This document shows positions 26,779 to 42,148 of a stretch of DNA of 64,000 nucleotides, piece after piece. The stretch lies in NCBI GenBank assembly GCA_040954595.2, contig CM082576.2, forward strand, positions 19,019,028 through 19,083,027, read 5' to 3'. The notes under the pieces were generated by a model. That model did no database searches and had not been told where the DNA came from. It saw only the letters and a program-made list of their open reading frames with translations. Numbering within the stretch: position 1 is the first letter of the stretch; every line of letters begins with the position of its first letter. The stretch comes from Balanoglossus misakiensis (Eukaryota > Animalia > Hemichordata). The translations under genes and the position numbers were made by a program.

Positions 26779-29700
26779 AGATCATGGGGTGAGAGGAGGA
26801 GAGGACAGTTTTTTTCCCTCTTTTGTAATTGGTATGAGGTTTTTTAACTGCCCTTTAGGCGCGTAAATTAAATATGTTATCATACATGTAGTTATCTTGC
26901 TTTATTTTAAAACAATTGTGAATGAGCTCTGCGAGATTATGTACACGATAGTGTGTTATATAATGCTAAGGTAAAAGTAAATTTAACCCACTAACCCATC
27001 ACACTATTGTGTGCATAATTAGCAGATGCTATTTTGACTAGCCCATTGTTCAACCAAATGACACCTTGTTTCAAAAAGAGCTGAAACTATATTGGTTAAT
27101 TTCTTTCAGTTTAACCACATGACACATTGCTTCAAATTGGCCTGCAAGATATGCTACTTGAACTCCCCCCCCCCCCAAAAAAAAAAAAAAAAATTAGGGA
27201 TTAATCACTCGCTATATTATGAACATTCACATGAAAATTATGCAACCAAATTAAAGGTATTCTGGAGGCGTCTTCTGATGTCAGGTGGTTCAAATCCACC
27301 GATACCTAAGCTGGAAACATAACTTTTCATTGGTGTTCATGTATGGCGAATAAAACACGCATATTTGTATTATCATATTTCAGAAATGAACGAATTGAAT
27401 AAGATTCTTTTCGATATGTCACTATAAACTTTAATCCCATTTCACCCACTTTACTTAAAATGTAATGTTTAAATAGCAAAGAAGTAATCACTAAACTTTG
27501 ACACCGGGGTTTAAAATGCATACAGGGATACTAAAAGTTGACTGAAAATCCCTGGGTTAATACGTGTCCAAAAGCAATTTTATTTGACATTGCTAATGCA
27601 GCGATGACATTGAATCTGATTCTTTGCATCAGGGTAAATTGTGATGCAAGCTTGATGATGCAGCCCGGTAGATAGTGATGCAAACACTTCACTTTGACAT
27701 GGGTATTTAATGCATGTGCATGGGTATTTAATGTTGACTGTAAATCCCCAGGTTAATACGTGGCCAAAAGCACTGTAATTTAAAATTGCTAATGCAATGG
27801 TGATATTCAATGTGATTCTTTGCATTAGGGGAAATGGTGTAGGAAGCCTAATGGTGCATCAGAGTAGATGGTGATGCAAGCTCTGCACTTTGACATAGGT
27901 ATTTAATGCATATGCATGGGTATTTAATGTTGACTGTAAATCCCCAGGTTAATACGTGGCCAAAAGCACTGTAATTTGACATTGCTAATGCTACCGTGAC
28001 ACTAAATCTGATTCTTTGCATCAGGGTAAATTGTGAAGCAAGCTTGATGATGCATCATGATAGATGGTGTTTCAAGCCCTTCACATTGACATTGGAATAT
28101 AACGCATATGGGGATTGAAAGTTGATTGTGAATTCCCAGGTTAATACTTGGCCAAAAGCACTGTAATTTAAAATTGCTAATGCAATGGTGACATTGAATT
28201 TGATTCTTTGCATTAGGGGAAATGGTGTAGGAAGCCTAATGGTGCATCAGAGTAGATGGTGATGCAAGCTCTGCACTTTGACATAGGTATTTAATGCATA
28301 TGCATGGGTATTTAATGTTGACTGTAAATCATCAGGTTAATACGTGGCCAAAAGCACTGTAATTTGACATTGCTAATGCTACCGTGACACTAAATCTGAT
28401 TCTTTGCATCAGGTAAATTGTGAAGCAAGCTTGATGATGCATCATGATAGATGGTGTTTCAAGCCCTTCACATTGACATTGGAATATAACGCATATCGGG
28501 ATTGAAAGTTGATTGTGAATCCCCAGGTTAATACTTGGCCAAAAGCACTGTAATTTAAAATTGCTAATGCAATGGTGACATTGAATTTGATTCTTTGCAT
28601 TAGGGGAAATGGTGTAGGAAGCCTAATGGTGCATCAGAGTAGATGGTGATGCAAGCTCTGCACTTTGACATAGGTATTTAATGCATATGCATGTGTATTT
28701 AATGTTGACTGTAAATCATCAGGTTAATACGTGGCCATAAGCACTGTAATTTGACATTGCTAATGCAACAATGATATTGAATCTGATTCTTTGCATCAGG
28801 GTTAATGGCATTGCAGGCTTGATGATGCATCCCGGTAGATAGTGAGGCAAACACTTCACTTTGACATGGGTATTTAATGCATGCACATTGATATCTAAAG
28901 TTGACTCTTAATCCCGAGGTTAATACATGGCCAAAAGCACTGTAATTTTAAATTACTAATGCAAGGGTGACATTGAATATGGGTAAATGGTGAAGCAAAC
29001 GTGATGATGCATCAGGATAGATGGTGTTTCAAGTCCTTCACATTGACTTTTGAATATAATGCATATGGGGATTTAAAGATGATTATAAATCCCTAGGTTA
29101 AGACATGGCCAAAAGAACTTTTATTTGACATTGCTAATGCAACAGTGACATTGAATCTGATTCTATGCATCAGGGTAAATGGCGAAGCAAGCTTAATGAT
29201 GCATCAGGACAGATGGTGTTTCAAGCCCTTCACATTCACATTGGAATATAACGCATATGGGGATTTGAAGTTGACTGTAAATCCTCAGGTTAATACGTGG
29301 CCAAAAGCAATTTTATTTGACATTGCTAATGCAATGGTGACATTGAATCTGATCCTATGCATCAGGGTAAATGGCGATGCAGGCTTGATGATGCATCCCG
29401 GTAGATAGTGATGCAAACACTTCACTGTGACATGGGTATTAAATGCATATGGGGATTAAAAGTTGACTGAAAATCCCTGGGTTAATACGTGTCCAAAAGC
29501 AATGTAATTTGACATTGCTAATGAAATGGTGACATTGAATGTAATTCTTTGCATTAGGGGAAATGGCTAAGCAAGCTTAATGATGCATTGGACTAGATGG
29601 TGATGCAAGCTATGCATTTTGACATACATATTTAATGCATATGCATGTGTATTTAATGTTGACTATAAATCCTCAGGTGAATACATGGCCATAAGCACTA

Positions 29701-32700
29701 TAATTTGACATTGCTAATGAAATGGTGACACTGAATCTGATTCTTTGCATCAGGGCAAATGGCGAAGCAAGCTTAATGATGCATCGGAGTAGATGGTGAT
29801 GCAAGCTCTGCATTTTGACATAGGTATTAAATGTATATACATGGATATTTAAAGTTGTCTGTAAAACCCCAGGTTAATACATGGCCATAAGCACTATAAT
29901 TTGATATTGCTAATGAAATGGTGACACTGAATCTGATTCTTTGCATCAGGGCATATTGTGAAGCATGCTTGATGATGCATTAGGATCAATAGTGATGGAA
30001 ACACTGCACTATGACATGGGCATTTAATGCATACGCATTGATATTTACAGTTGACTCTAAATCCCGAGGTTAATACATGGCTAAAAGCGCTGTTATTTAA
30101 AATTACTAATGCAAGGGTGACATTGACTATGGGTAAATGGTGAAGCAAACGTGATGATGCATCAGGATAGATGGTGTTTTAAGCCCTTCACATTGACTTT
30201 TGAATATAATGCATATGGGGATTTAAAGTTGATTGTAAATCCCTAGGTTAATACATGGCCAAAAGCAATTTTATTTGACATTGCTAATTGAACGATGACA
30301 TTGAATCCGATTCTTTGCATCAGGGTAAATGGCGATGCAAGATTGATGATGCATCACGGTAGATAGTGATGCAAACACTTTACTTTGACATGGGTATTAA
30401 ATGCATATGGGGATTTCAAGTTGATTACAAATCCCTGGGTTAATACGCGTCCAAAAGCACTGTAATTTGACATTGCTAATGCGATGTTGACATTGAATGT
30501 AATTCTCCGCATTAGGGCAAATGGCAAAGCAAGCTTAATGATGCAATGGAGTAGACCGTGATGCAAGCTATGCATTTTGACATAGGTATTTAATGCATGT
30601 GCATGGGTATTAAATGTTGAATGTAAATTCTCAGGTTAATACATCTCCAAAAGCACTGTAATTTAAAATTGCTAATGTAAGGATGACATTGAATCTGATT
30701 CTTTGCATTAGGGGAAATGGCGTAGCAAGCCTAATGATCCATCTGAGTAGATGGTGATGCAAGCTAAGCATTTTGACATAGGTACTAAATGTATATACAT
30801 GGGTATTTAAAGTTGTCTGTAAATCCCCAGGTTAATACATGGCCATAAGCATTATAATTTGACATTGCTAATGAAATGGTGACACTGAATCTGATTCTTT
30901 GCATCAGGGCATATTGTGAAGCATGCTTGATGATGTATTAGGGTCAATAGTGATGGAAACACTGCACTATGACATGGGTATTTAATGCATACGCATTGAT
31001 ATTTACAGTTGACTCTAAATCCCGAGGTTAATACATGGCTAAAAGCGCTGTAATTTAAAATTACTAATGCAAAGGTTACATTGAATATGGGTAAATGGTG
31101 AAGCAAGCTTGAAGATGCATCAGGGTAGCTGGTGTTTCAAGCCCTTCACATTGACATTGGAATATAATGCATATGGGGATTTAAAATTGATTGTAAATCC
31201 CTAGGTTAATACATGGCCAAAAGCACTGTAATTTAAAATTGCTAGTGCAATGGTGACATTGAATGTGATTCTTTGCATCAGGGCATATTGTGAAGCATGC
31301 TTGATGATGCATTAGGGTCAATAGTGATGGAAACACTGCACTATGACATGGGTATTTAATGCATACGCATTGATATTTACAGTTGACTCTTAATCCCGAG
31401 GTTAATACATGGCTAAAAGCACTGTAATTTAAAATTACTAATGCAAAGGTTACATTGAATATGGGTAAATGGTGAAGCAAGCTTGAAGATGCATCAGGGT
31501 AGATGGTGTTTCAAGCCCTTCACATTGACATTGGAATATAATGCATATGGGGATTTAAAATTGATTGTAAATCCCTAGGTTAATACGTGGCCAACAGCAA
31601 TTTTATTTGACATTGCTAATGCAACGATGACATTGAATCCGATTCTTTGTATCAGGGTAAATGGCGATGCAAGCTTGATGATGCATCACGGTAGATAGTG
31701 ATGCAAACACTTCACTTTGACATGGGCATTAAATGCATATGGGGATTTCAAGTTGATTACAAATCCCTGGGTTAATACGCGTCCAAAAGCACTGTAATTT
31801 GACATTGCTAATGCGATGTTGACATTGAATGTAATTCTCCGCATTAGGGCAAATGGCAAAGCAAGCTTAATGATGCAATGGAGTAGACGGTGATGCAAGC
31901 TATGCATTTTGACATAGGTATTTAATGCATGTGCATGGGTATTTAATGTTGAATGTAAATTCCCAGGTTAATACATCTCCAAAAGCACTGTAATTTAAAA
32001 TTGCTAATGTAAGGGTGACATTGAATCTGATTCTTTGCATTATGGGAAATGGCGTAGCAAGCCTAATGATGCATCTGAGTAGATGGTGATGCAAGCTAAG
32101 CATTTTGATATAGGTACTAAATGTATATACATGGGTATTTAAAGTTGTCTGTAAATCCCCAGGTTAATACTTGGCAAAAAGCAATTTTATTTGACATTGC
32201 TAATGAAATGGTGACACTGAATCTGATTCTTTGCATCAGGGTAAATGGCGATGCAAGCTTGATGATGCATCCCGGTAGATAGTGATGCAAACACTTCACT
32301 GTGACATGGGTATTAAATGCATATGGGGATTAAAAGTTGACTGAAAATCCCTGGGTTAATACAAGTCCAAAAGCACTGAAATTTGACATAGCTAATACAA
32401 TGGTGACATTGAATGTGATTCTTTGCATTAGGGGAAATGGCGTAGCAAGCCTAATGATGCATCAGTGTAGATGGTGATCCAAGCTATGCTTTTTGACATA
32501 GGTATTTAATGCATGTGCATGGGTATTTAATGTTGACTGTAAATCCCTGGGTTAATACAAATCCAAAAGCACTGTAATTTGACATTGCTAATACAACGGT
32601 GTCATTTAATCTGATTCTTTGCATCAGGGCAAATTGCGAAGCAAGCTTAATGATGCATCGGAGTATATGGTGATGCAAGCTATGCACTTTGACATACGTA

Positions 32701-33925
32701 TTTAATGCATATGCATTGGTATTTAATGTTGACTGTAAATCCCCAGGTTAATACGTGGCCAAAAGCACTGTAATTTGACATTGCTAATGCTACCGTGACA
32801 CTAAATCTGATTCTTTGCATTGGGGTAAATTGTGAAGCAAGCTTGATGATGCATCAGGATAGATGGTGTTTTAAGCCCCTCACATTGACATTGGAATATA
32901 ACGCATATGGGGATTTAAAGTTAATTGTAAATACCCAGGTTAATACATGGCCAAAAGCACTGTAATTTAAAATTGCTAATGCAATGGTGACATTGAATGT
33001 GATTCTTTGCATTAGGGGAACTGGCGTAGCAATCCTAATAGTGCATCAGAGTAGATGGTGATGCAAGCTCTGCACTTTGACATAGGTATTTAATGCATAT
33101 GCATGTGTATTTAATGTTGACTATAAATCCTCAGGTGAATACATGGCCATAAACACTATAATTTGACATGGCTAATGAAATGGTGACACTGAATCTGATT
33201 CTTTGCATCAGGGCATATTGTGAAGCATGCTTGATGATGCATTAGGGTCAATAGTGACGGAAACACTGCACTATGACATGGGTATTTAATGCATACGCAT
33301 TGATATTTACAGTTGACTCTAAATCCCGAGGTTTATACATGGCTAAAAGCGCTGTAATTTAAAATTACTAATGCAAAGGTTACATTGAATATGGGTAAAT
33401 GGTGAAGCAAGCTTGAAGATGCATCAGGGTAGCTGGTGTTTCAAGCCCTTCACATTGACATTGGAATATAATGCATATGGGGATTTAAAGTTGATTGTAA
33501 ATCCCTAGGTTAATACATGGCCAAAAGCAATTTTATTTGACATTGCTAATTGAACGATGACATTGAATCCGATTCTTTGCATCAGGGTAAATGGCGATGC
33601 AAGCTTGATGATGCATCACGGTAGATAGTGATGCAAACACTTTACTTTGACATGGGTATTAAATGCATATGGGGATTTCAAGTTGATTACAAATCCCTGG
33701 GTTAATACGCGTCCAAAAGCACTGTAATTTGACATTGCTAATGCGATGTTGACATTGAATGTAATTCTCCGCATTAGGGCAAATGGCAAAGCAAGCTTAA
33801 TGATGCAATGGAGTAGACCGTGATGCAAGCTATGCATTTTGACATAGGTATTTAATGCATGTGCATGGGTATTAAATGTTGAATGTAAATTCTCAGGTTA
33901 ATACATCTCCAAAAGCACTGTAATT

Positions 33926-36376
33926 GGGGGCACAAGCGCCCTCAGGCGGCTTGTGCCCCCATTGTTATTGTTGGAATTTTTCTTTATTATTAGGGCCCAA
34001 GCGCATACCAGCGCTTGGGCCCTATTGGTTTCGTTGGGGTTTTTCTGTCTTTCCTTCTTTCTTCTTTCTTTCTTTCTTTCTTTATTCTTGTGTCAATTCT
34101 TTGTCGCTCTAGATCTCAGACACCGCTGCAGGTACACTTCTGAAACTTGCTACAGTGGTCAAGGTCAACGAGTAGTCGTGCATTGAACCTGTGAATTTTT
34201 AATTAGTCACGTGACCTGGCGGCCATCTTGGATTTTCTAAAAAAATGCAAATCTCAGATCTCAGAAACTACAAGTCAGATCAACTTCAAATTTGGCATGC
34301 TGGTAGACTACCTCCTGCCCATCATTTTTGTAATTGGAAATTATGCTGACAATGTTGCAGTTTTTTTGCTACAATTTTTTTTCTGAAATCTGGCTTAAAT
34401 TTCAAAAATCTTCTTCTCCAGAACCAGCGATAACCGAGTCACGCCGTTTGGGGTATGTGGTCACCTAACAGATGTCTATCAAGTTTGCGAAGATCATTGT
34501 GATTGGTCGAAGATTATGGCGGCGATATTGGATTTTCGAAAAACCATAGTAAAACTTCAAAAATCTTCTTCTCCAGAACGGGCGATAACCGAGTCACAAG
34601 ATTTGGTGTGTGTGGTCATTAAACAGATGTCTATCAAGTTTGCGAAGGGGAATGTGATTGGTCGAAGATTATGGCGGCCATATTGGATTTTGTGAAAAAC
34701 GATTAAAAAGTAAAAATTCCCTTTCTAGCCTAAAAATTGATAGCACAGAAATTCTTTTTATGGATATGAATCATCATATGCCAAGAATAAGCTATAAATA
34801 TTTTGGTAATTTTGGCAATGACCTTTGACCTACTTTTGACGCATCATTTTTCTGCATATCTAATTCCAGGCTAACCTTTAAGGCTATCATTTTGGTTTTT
34901 GATGTATGTGGATTCGTATGTGATCAAAAAATTTTGCTACTTTTCACGACCCCTTTGACCTCTGCTGACCTCATTAAATATGCACATACCTAATTACAGA
35001 TGAACCAATAGACCTAGAGGTTTTGTTTTTGTTATACATGGACAAGTATGGGGTCAAAATATTTTGCCCAAATGTTGGGTGACCTCGGGTGACCTTTGAC
35101 CTACTTAACACTATATCAGCAACAGATCAGATAATAGAGCTTGGGCCCGGACAATGCTGCTTGCAGCTTTAATTATTATTATTATTATTCTTCTTCTTCT
35201 TCCGAGAAATTCGGCCAGGTAGATCTGGAAAACCGCAGCACCTAGGGGGCTGAAACTTGGTAGGGTGATAGGGGCCAATGAGTAGACGTGCAGTGGCCCG
35301 TGAATATTTAATTAGTCATGTGACCTGGCGGCCATATTGGATTTCCTGAAAACCATTAAATGAGTCCTTCTCAAAAACTACAAGGCCGATCGAGTTCAAA
35401 TTTGGTGTGCAGGTAGCCTACCTTCTGTCCATCATTTTACCCCATTGAAATCATGACGTCACACATAAAGTTTTTTTGCTACAATTGTTTTTCTTAAAAA
35501 ATACTTAAAACTTTAAAAATCTTCTTCTCCAGAACCAGCGGTTACCGATTCTCGGGATTTGGGATATGTGGTCACCTAACCTATGTCTATCAAGTTTGCG
35601 AAGCGCACTGTGATTGGTCGATCATTATGGCGGCCGTGTTGGATTTTCGGAAAACCATTGAAAAATGAAAATTCTGTTTTGTAGCCAAAATGTTGACAGC
35701 ACGGAAATTCTTTTTTGGGATATGAGTCATCATATGACCGGAAGTTGTCACAATTTTTCGTGGCAATTTTCACATGACCTTTGACCCAGTTTTAAAACAA
35801 CTAATTATATATGCATATTCCCCATACCTCCTCTTGTAAAAGCACCACATTCATGAATTTTGTGGACATGGGTACCAATGCTGCCAGGACATGACACAAA
35901 TATTTTGGTAATTTTGGCAATGACCTTTGACCTATTTCTGCATATCTAATTCCATGCTACCCAATAGGGCTAGAGGTCTGGTATTGGTTGGACATGGCCC
36001 AGTCTGGGGTCAAAATTTTATGCCCTAATTTTGGGTGACCTTGGGTGACCTTTGATCTACTTTCCCATATCTCAGCATCCAGAGCAGTTAGAGCCCTGGC
36101 TGTTATGGGTATTGAGCACATAATGGAGTCTTACACAAGACCTCATTAATTATGTGCATACCTAATTGCAGGCGAACCAATAGGGCTAGGGGTCTGGTTT
36201 TTTGTTGGATCTAGACTAGTATGGGGTCCAATTTTTTTGCCCAAATTTGGGGTGACCTCAGGTGACCTTTGACCTACTTTCCCATGTCTCGGTATCCCCA
36301 GCAGATACAGCCGTGGAATTTGCTGGTCACCATGGGAACCGCTTGTGCCCCCCCAACGCTGCTTGCAGCTTTAATT
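33926..36376 (+). mobile_element. HINE-like element (same family as 23499-24771) inserted in the satellite, carrying a nested element
   Basis: Removing it restores the satellite sequence gcactgtaatt|taaaattgct; 5' palindrome gggggcacaagc..gcttgtgccccc; 3' end gcttgtgccc..gctgcttgcagctttaatt. Confidence 0.88.
33990..35174 (+). mobile_element. Second HINE-like subfamily nested in the (ATT)n tract of the outer element
   Basis: 5' palindrome tagggcccaagcgc..gcgcttgggcccta, (CTTT)n tract, 3' end gcttgggccc..gctgcttgcagctttaatt; the outer element resumes at attattatt..cttccgagaaat. Confidence 0.85.
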
Positions 36377-39300
36377 TAAAATTGCTAATGTAAGGGTGAC
36401 ATTGAATCTGATTCTTTGCATTAGGGGAAATGGCGTAGCAAGCCTAATGATCCATCTGAGTAGATGGTGATGCAAGCTAAGCATTTTGACATAGGTACTA
36501 AATGTATATACATGGGTATTTAAAGTTGTCTGTAAATCCCCAGGTTAATACATGGCCATAAGCATTATAATTTGACATTGCTAATGAAATGGTGACACTG
36601 AATCTGATTCTTTGCATCAGGGCATATTGTGAAGCATGCTTGATGATGTATTAGGGTCAATAGTGATGGAAACACTGCACTATGACATGGGTATTTAATG
36701 CATACGCATTGATATTTACAGTTGACTCTAAATCCCGAGGTTAATACATGGCTAAAAGCGCTGTAATTTAAAATTACTAATGCAAAGGTTACATTGAATA
36801 TGGGTAAATGGTGAAGCAAGCTTGAAGATGCATCAGGGTAGCTGGTGTTTCAAGCCCTTCACATTGACATTGGAATATAATGCATATGGGGATTTAAAAT
36901 TGATTGTAAATCCCTAGGTTAATACATGGCCAAAAGCACTGTAATTTAAAATTGCTAGTGCAATGGTGACATTGAATGTGATTCTTTGCATCAGGGCATA
37001 TTGTGAAGCATGCTTGATGATGCATTAGGGTCAATAGTGATGGAAACACTGCACTATGACATGGGTATTTAATGCATACGCATTGATATTTACAGTTGAC
37101 TCTTAATCCCGAGGTTAATACATGGCTAAAAGCACTGTAATTTAAAATTACTAATGCAAAGGTTACATTGAATATGGGTAAATGGTGAAGCAAGCTTGAA
37201 GATGCATCAGGGTAGATGGTGTTTCAAGCCCTTCACATTGACATTGGAATATAATGCATATGGGGATTTAAAATTGATTGTAAATCCCTAGGTTAATACG
37301 TGGCCAAAAGCAATTTTATTTGACATTGCTAATGCAACGATGACATTGAATCCGATTCTTTGTATCAGGGTAAATGGCGATGCAAGCTTGATGATGCATC
37401 ACATAGATAGTGATGCAAACACTTCACTTTGACATGGGCATTAAATGCATATGGGGATTTCAAGTTGATTACAAATCCCTGGGTTAATACGCGTCCAAAA
37501 GCACTGTAATTTGACATTGCTAATGCGATGTTGACATTGAATGTAATTCTCCGCATTAGGGCAAATGGCAAAGCAAGCTTAATGATGCAATGGAGTAGAC
37601 GGTGATGCAAGCTATGCATTTTGACCTAGGTATTTAATGCATGTGCATGGGTATTTAATGTTGAATGTAAATTCCCAGGTTAATACATCTCCAAAAGCAC
37701 TGTAATTTAAAATTGCTAATGTAAGGGTGACATTGAATCTGATTCTTTGCATTATGGGAAATGGCGTAGCAAGCCTAATGATGCATCTGAGTAGATGGTG
37801 ATGCAAGCTAAGCATTTTGATATAGGTACTAAATGTATATACATGGGTATTTAAAGTTGTCTGTAAATCCCCAGGTTAATACTTGGCAAAAAGCAATTTT
37901 ATTTGACATTGCTAATGAAATGGTGACACTGAATCTGATTCTTTGCATCAGGGTAAATGGCGATGCAAGCTTGATGATGCATCCCGGTAGATAGTGATGC
38001 AAACACTTCACTGTGACATGGGTATTAAATGCATATGGGGATTAAAAGTTGACTGAAAATCCCTGGGTTAATACAAGTCCAAAAGCACTGAAATTTGACA
38101 TAGCTAATACAATGGTGACATTGAATGTGATTCTTTGCATTAGGGGAAATGGCGTAGCAAGCCTAATGATGCATCAGTGTAGATGGTGATCCAAGCTATG
38201 CTTTTTGACATAGGTATTTAATGCATGTGCATGGGTATTTAATGTTGACTGTAAATCCCTGGGTTAATACAAATCCAAAAGCACTGTAATTTGACATTGC
38301 TAATACAACGGTGTCATTTAATCTGATTCTTTGCATCAGGGCAAATTGCGAAGCAAGCTTAATGATGCATCGGAGTATATGGTGATGCAAGCTATGCACT
38401 TTGACATACGTATTTAATGCATATGCATTGGTATTTAATGTTGACTGTAAATCCCCAGGTTAATACATGGCCAAAAGCACTGTAATTTGACATTGCTAAT
38501 GCTACCGTGACACTAAATCTGATTCTTTGCATTAGGGTAAATTGTGAAGCAAGCTTGATGATGCATCAGGATAGATGGTGTTTTAAGCCCCTCACATTGA
38601 CATTGGAATATAACGCATATGGGGATTTAAAGTTAATTGTAAATACCCAGGTTAATACATGGCCAAAAGCACTGTAATTTAAAATTGCTAATGCAATGGT
38701 GACATTGAATGTGATTCTTTGCATTAGGGGAACTGGCGTAGCAATGCTAATAGTGCATCAGAGTAGATGGTGATGCAAGCTCTGCACTTTGACATAGGTA
38801 TTTAATGCATATGCATGCGTATTTAATGTTGACTATAAATCCTCAGGTGAATACATGGCCATAAACACTATAATTTGACATTGCTAATGAAATGGTGACA
38901 CTGAATCTGATTCTTTGCATCAGGGCATATTGTGAAGCATGCTTGATGATGCATTAGGGTCAATAGTGATGGAAACACTGCACTATGACATGGGTATTTA
39001 ATGCATACGCATTGATATTTACAGTTGACTCTAAATCCCGAGGTTTATACATGGCTAAAAGCGCTGTAATTTAAAATTACTAATGCAAAGGTTACATTGA
39101 ATATGGGTAAATGGTGAAGCAAGCTTGAAGATGCATCAGGGTAGCTGGTGTTTCAAGCCCTTCACATTGACATTGGAATATAATGCATATGGGGATTTAA
39201 AATTGATTGTAAATCCCTAGGTTAATACATGGCCAAAAGCACTGTAATTTAAAATTGCTATTGCAATGGTGACATTGAATGTGATTCTTTGCATCAGGGC

Positions 39301-41625
39301 ATATTGTGAAGCATGCTTGATGATGCATTAGGGTCAATAGTGATGGAAACACTGCACTATGACATGGGTATTTAATGCATACGCATTGATATTTACAGTT
39401 GACTCTTAATCCCGAGGTTAATACATGGCTAAAAGCACTGTAATTTAAAATTACTAATGCAAAGGTTACATTGAATATGGGTAAATGGTGAAGCAAGCTT
39501 GAAGATGCATCAGGGTAGATGGTGTTTCAAGCCCTTCACATTGACATTGGAATATAATGCATATGGGGATTTAAAATTGATTGTAAATCCCTAGGTTAAT
39601 ACGTGGCCAAAAGCAATTTTATTTGACATTGCTAATGCAACGATGACATTGAATCCGATTCTTTGAATCAGGGTAAATGGCGATGCAAGCTTGATGATGC
39701 ATCACGGTAGATAGTGATGCAAACACTTCACTTTGACATGGGCATTAAATGCATATGGGGATTTCAAGTTGTTTACAAATCCCTGGGTTAATACGCATCC
39801 AAAAGCACTGTAATTTGACATTGCTAATGCGATGTTAACATTGAATGTAATTCTCCGCATTAGGGCAAATGGCAAAGCAAGCTTAATGATTCAATGGAGT
39901 AGACGGTGATGCAAGCTATGCATTTTGACATAGGTATTTAATGCATGTGCATGGGTATTTAATGTTGAATGTAAATTCCCAGGTTAATACATCTCCAAAA
40001 GCACTGTAATTTAAAATTTCTAATGTAAGGGTGACATTGAATCTGATTCTTTGCATTATGGGAAATGGCCTAACAAGCCTAATGATCCATCTGAGTAGAT
40101 GGTGATGCAAGCTAAGCATTTTGACATAGGTACTAAATGTATATACATGGGTATTTAAAGTTGTCTGTAAATCCCCAGGTTAATACATGGCCATAAGCTC
40201 TATAATTTGACATTGCTAATGAAATGGTGACACTGAATCTGATTCTTTGCATCAGGGCATATTGTGAAGCATGCTTGATGATGTATTAGTGTCAACAGTG
40301 ATGGAAACACTGCACTATGACATGGGTATTTAATGCATATGCATTGATATTTACAGTTGACTCTAAATCCCGAGGTTAATACATGGCTAAAAGCGCTGTA
40401 ATTTAAAATTACTAATGCAAAGGTTACATTAAATATGGGTAAATGGTGAAGCAAGCTTGAAGATGCATCAGGGTAGATGGTGTTTCAAGCCCTTCACATT
40501 GACTTGGAATATAATGCATATGGGGATTTAAAATTGATTGTAAATCCCTAGGTTAATACGTGGCCAAAAGCAATTTTATTTGACATTGCTAATGCAACGA
40601 TGACATTGAATCCGATTCTTTGCATCAGGGTAAATGGCGATGCAAGCTTGATGATGCATCATGGTAGATAGTGATGCAAACACTTCACTTTGACATGGGC
40701 ATTAAATGCATATGGGGATTTCAAGTTGATTACAAATCCCTGGATTAATACGCGTCCAAAAGCACTGTAATTTGACATTGCTAATGCGATGTTGACATTG
40801 AATGTAATTCTCCGCATTAGGGCAAATGGCAAAGCAAGCTTAATGATGCAATGGAGTAGACGGTGATGCAAGCTATGCATTTTGACATAGGTATTTAATG
40901 CATGTGCTTGGGTATTTAATGTTGAATGTAAATTCCCAGGTTAATACATCTCCAAAAGCACTGTAATTTAAAATTGCTAATGTAAGGGTGACATTGAATC
41001 TGATTCTTTGCATTATGGGAAATGGCATAGCAAGCCTAATGATCCATCTGAGTAGATGGTGATGCAAGCTAAGCATTTTGATATAGGTACTAAATGTATA
41101 TACATGGGTATTTAAAGTTGTCTGTAAATCCCCAGGTTAATTCTTGGCAAAAAGCAATTTTATTTTACATTGCTAATGAAATGGTGACACTGAATCTGAT
41201 TCTTTGCATCAGGGTAAATGGCGATGCAAGCTTGATGATGCATCCCGGTAGATAGTGATGCAAACACTTCACTTTGACATGGGTATTAAATGCATATGGG
41301 GATTAAAAGTTGACTGAAAATCCCTGGGTTAATACAAGTCCAAAAGCACTGAAATTTGACATAGCTAATACAATGGTGACATTGAATGTGATTCTTTGCA
41401 TTAGGGGAAATGGCGTAGCAAGCCTAATGATGCATCAGTGTAGATGGTGATCCAAGCTCTGCGCTTTGGCATACGTATTTAATGCATGTGCATGGGTATT
41501 TAATGTTGAATGTAAATTCCCAGGTTAATATATGCATGGGTATTTAATGTTGACTGTAAATCCCTAGGTTAATACATGGCCATAAGTACTGTAAGGGGTA
41601 GATGGTGATGCAAGCTCTGCACTTT

Positions 41626-42148
41626 GACATGGGGATTAAATGCATGCTGAGGGGGATTTTAAGTTGTCTGTAAATCCCCAGGTTGATATGTGGCCAAAAG
41701 CACTGTAATTTGACATTGCTAATGATGGTGAGCTGTACTCCCCAGGGAGTTGAATGGAATGTTTAGGTCCAATGACCTAGGTCAAATGACCATGGGACAA
41801 CTTTAAAGCATGTTGAGATTTAATGTGCTACATAAGTTATAAATATTATATTAATATTATTACATAAACAACACTCTTACCTAGCTAAGGAAGTGGTCAG
41901 GTGAAAAATATTTGCAGAGCTGACCAATTATTTAAGGAATATTAAAGTTGGGTAATTTGGACGTATTCATACGGGTGTTGGTCAATGGAAAGTCCTTTGT
42001 TCATTTTCAAAATGGCAACCAAAAATGCGAACAAAACACACTGAATTATGTACGGGATATTGGTGTTGCCTAATTTGCGTGTTTCCACATTTACTTAAAC
42101 TCTCACAGGGAGACAAATGTCACAGCAAACGGAAAAATGACTATGCTA
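41626..42148 (+). repeat. Local duplication (satellite end + SINE tail + unique DNA); copy at ~45724-46252, partial copy at ~45155-45378
   Basis: Shared ctccccagggagttgaatgg..ggaagtggtcaggtgaa..aaactctcacagggagacaaatgtcacagcaaacggaaaaatga. Confidence 0.9.

Larger units (their letters stand above)
27510..41730 (+). repeat. Satellite array, ~180-196 bp diverged monomers (~60), with a ~3262-bp higher-order repeat
   Basis: gttaatac recurs at 27556, 27752, 27948, 28140, 28336, 28527; identical ORFs offset by 3262 (30354/33616) and 5713 = 3262 + 2451-bp insertion (30852/36565). Confidence 0.97.

Noticed and set aside
33921-36376. Apparent 5-bp TSD (taatt) around the HINE
   Set aside because: tttaat(t) is the element's own 3' terminus in all copies (24771, 35174), so the insertion lacks a TSD.
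27580-41076. Many 60-99 aa ORFs resembling a peptide gene family
   Set aside because: They are translations of satellite monomers; their identity tracks the HOR and there is no coding signal.
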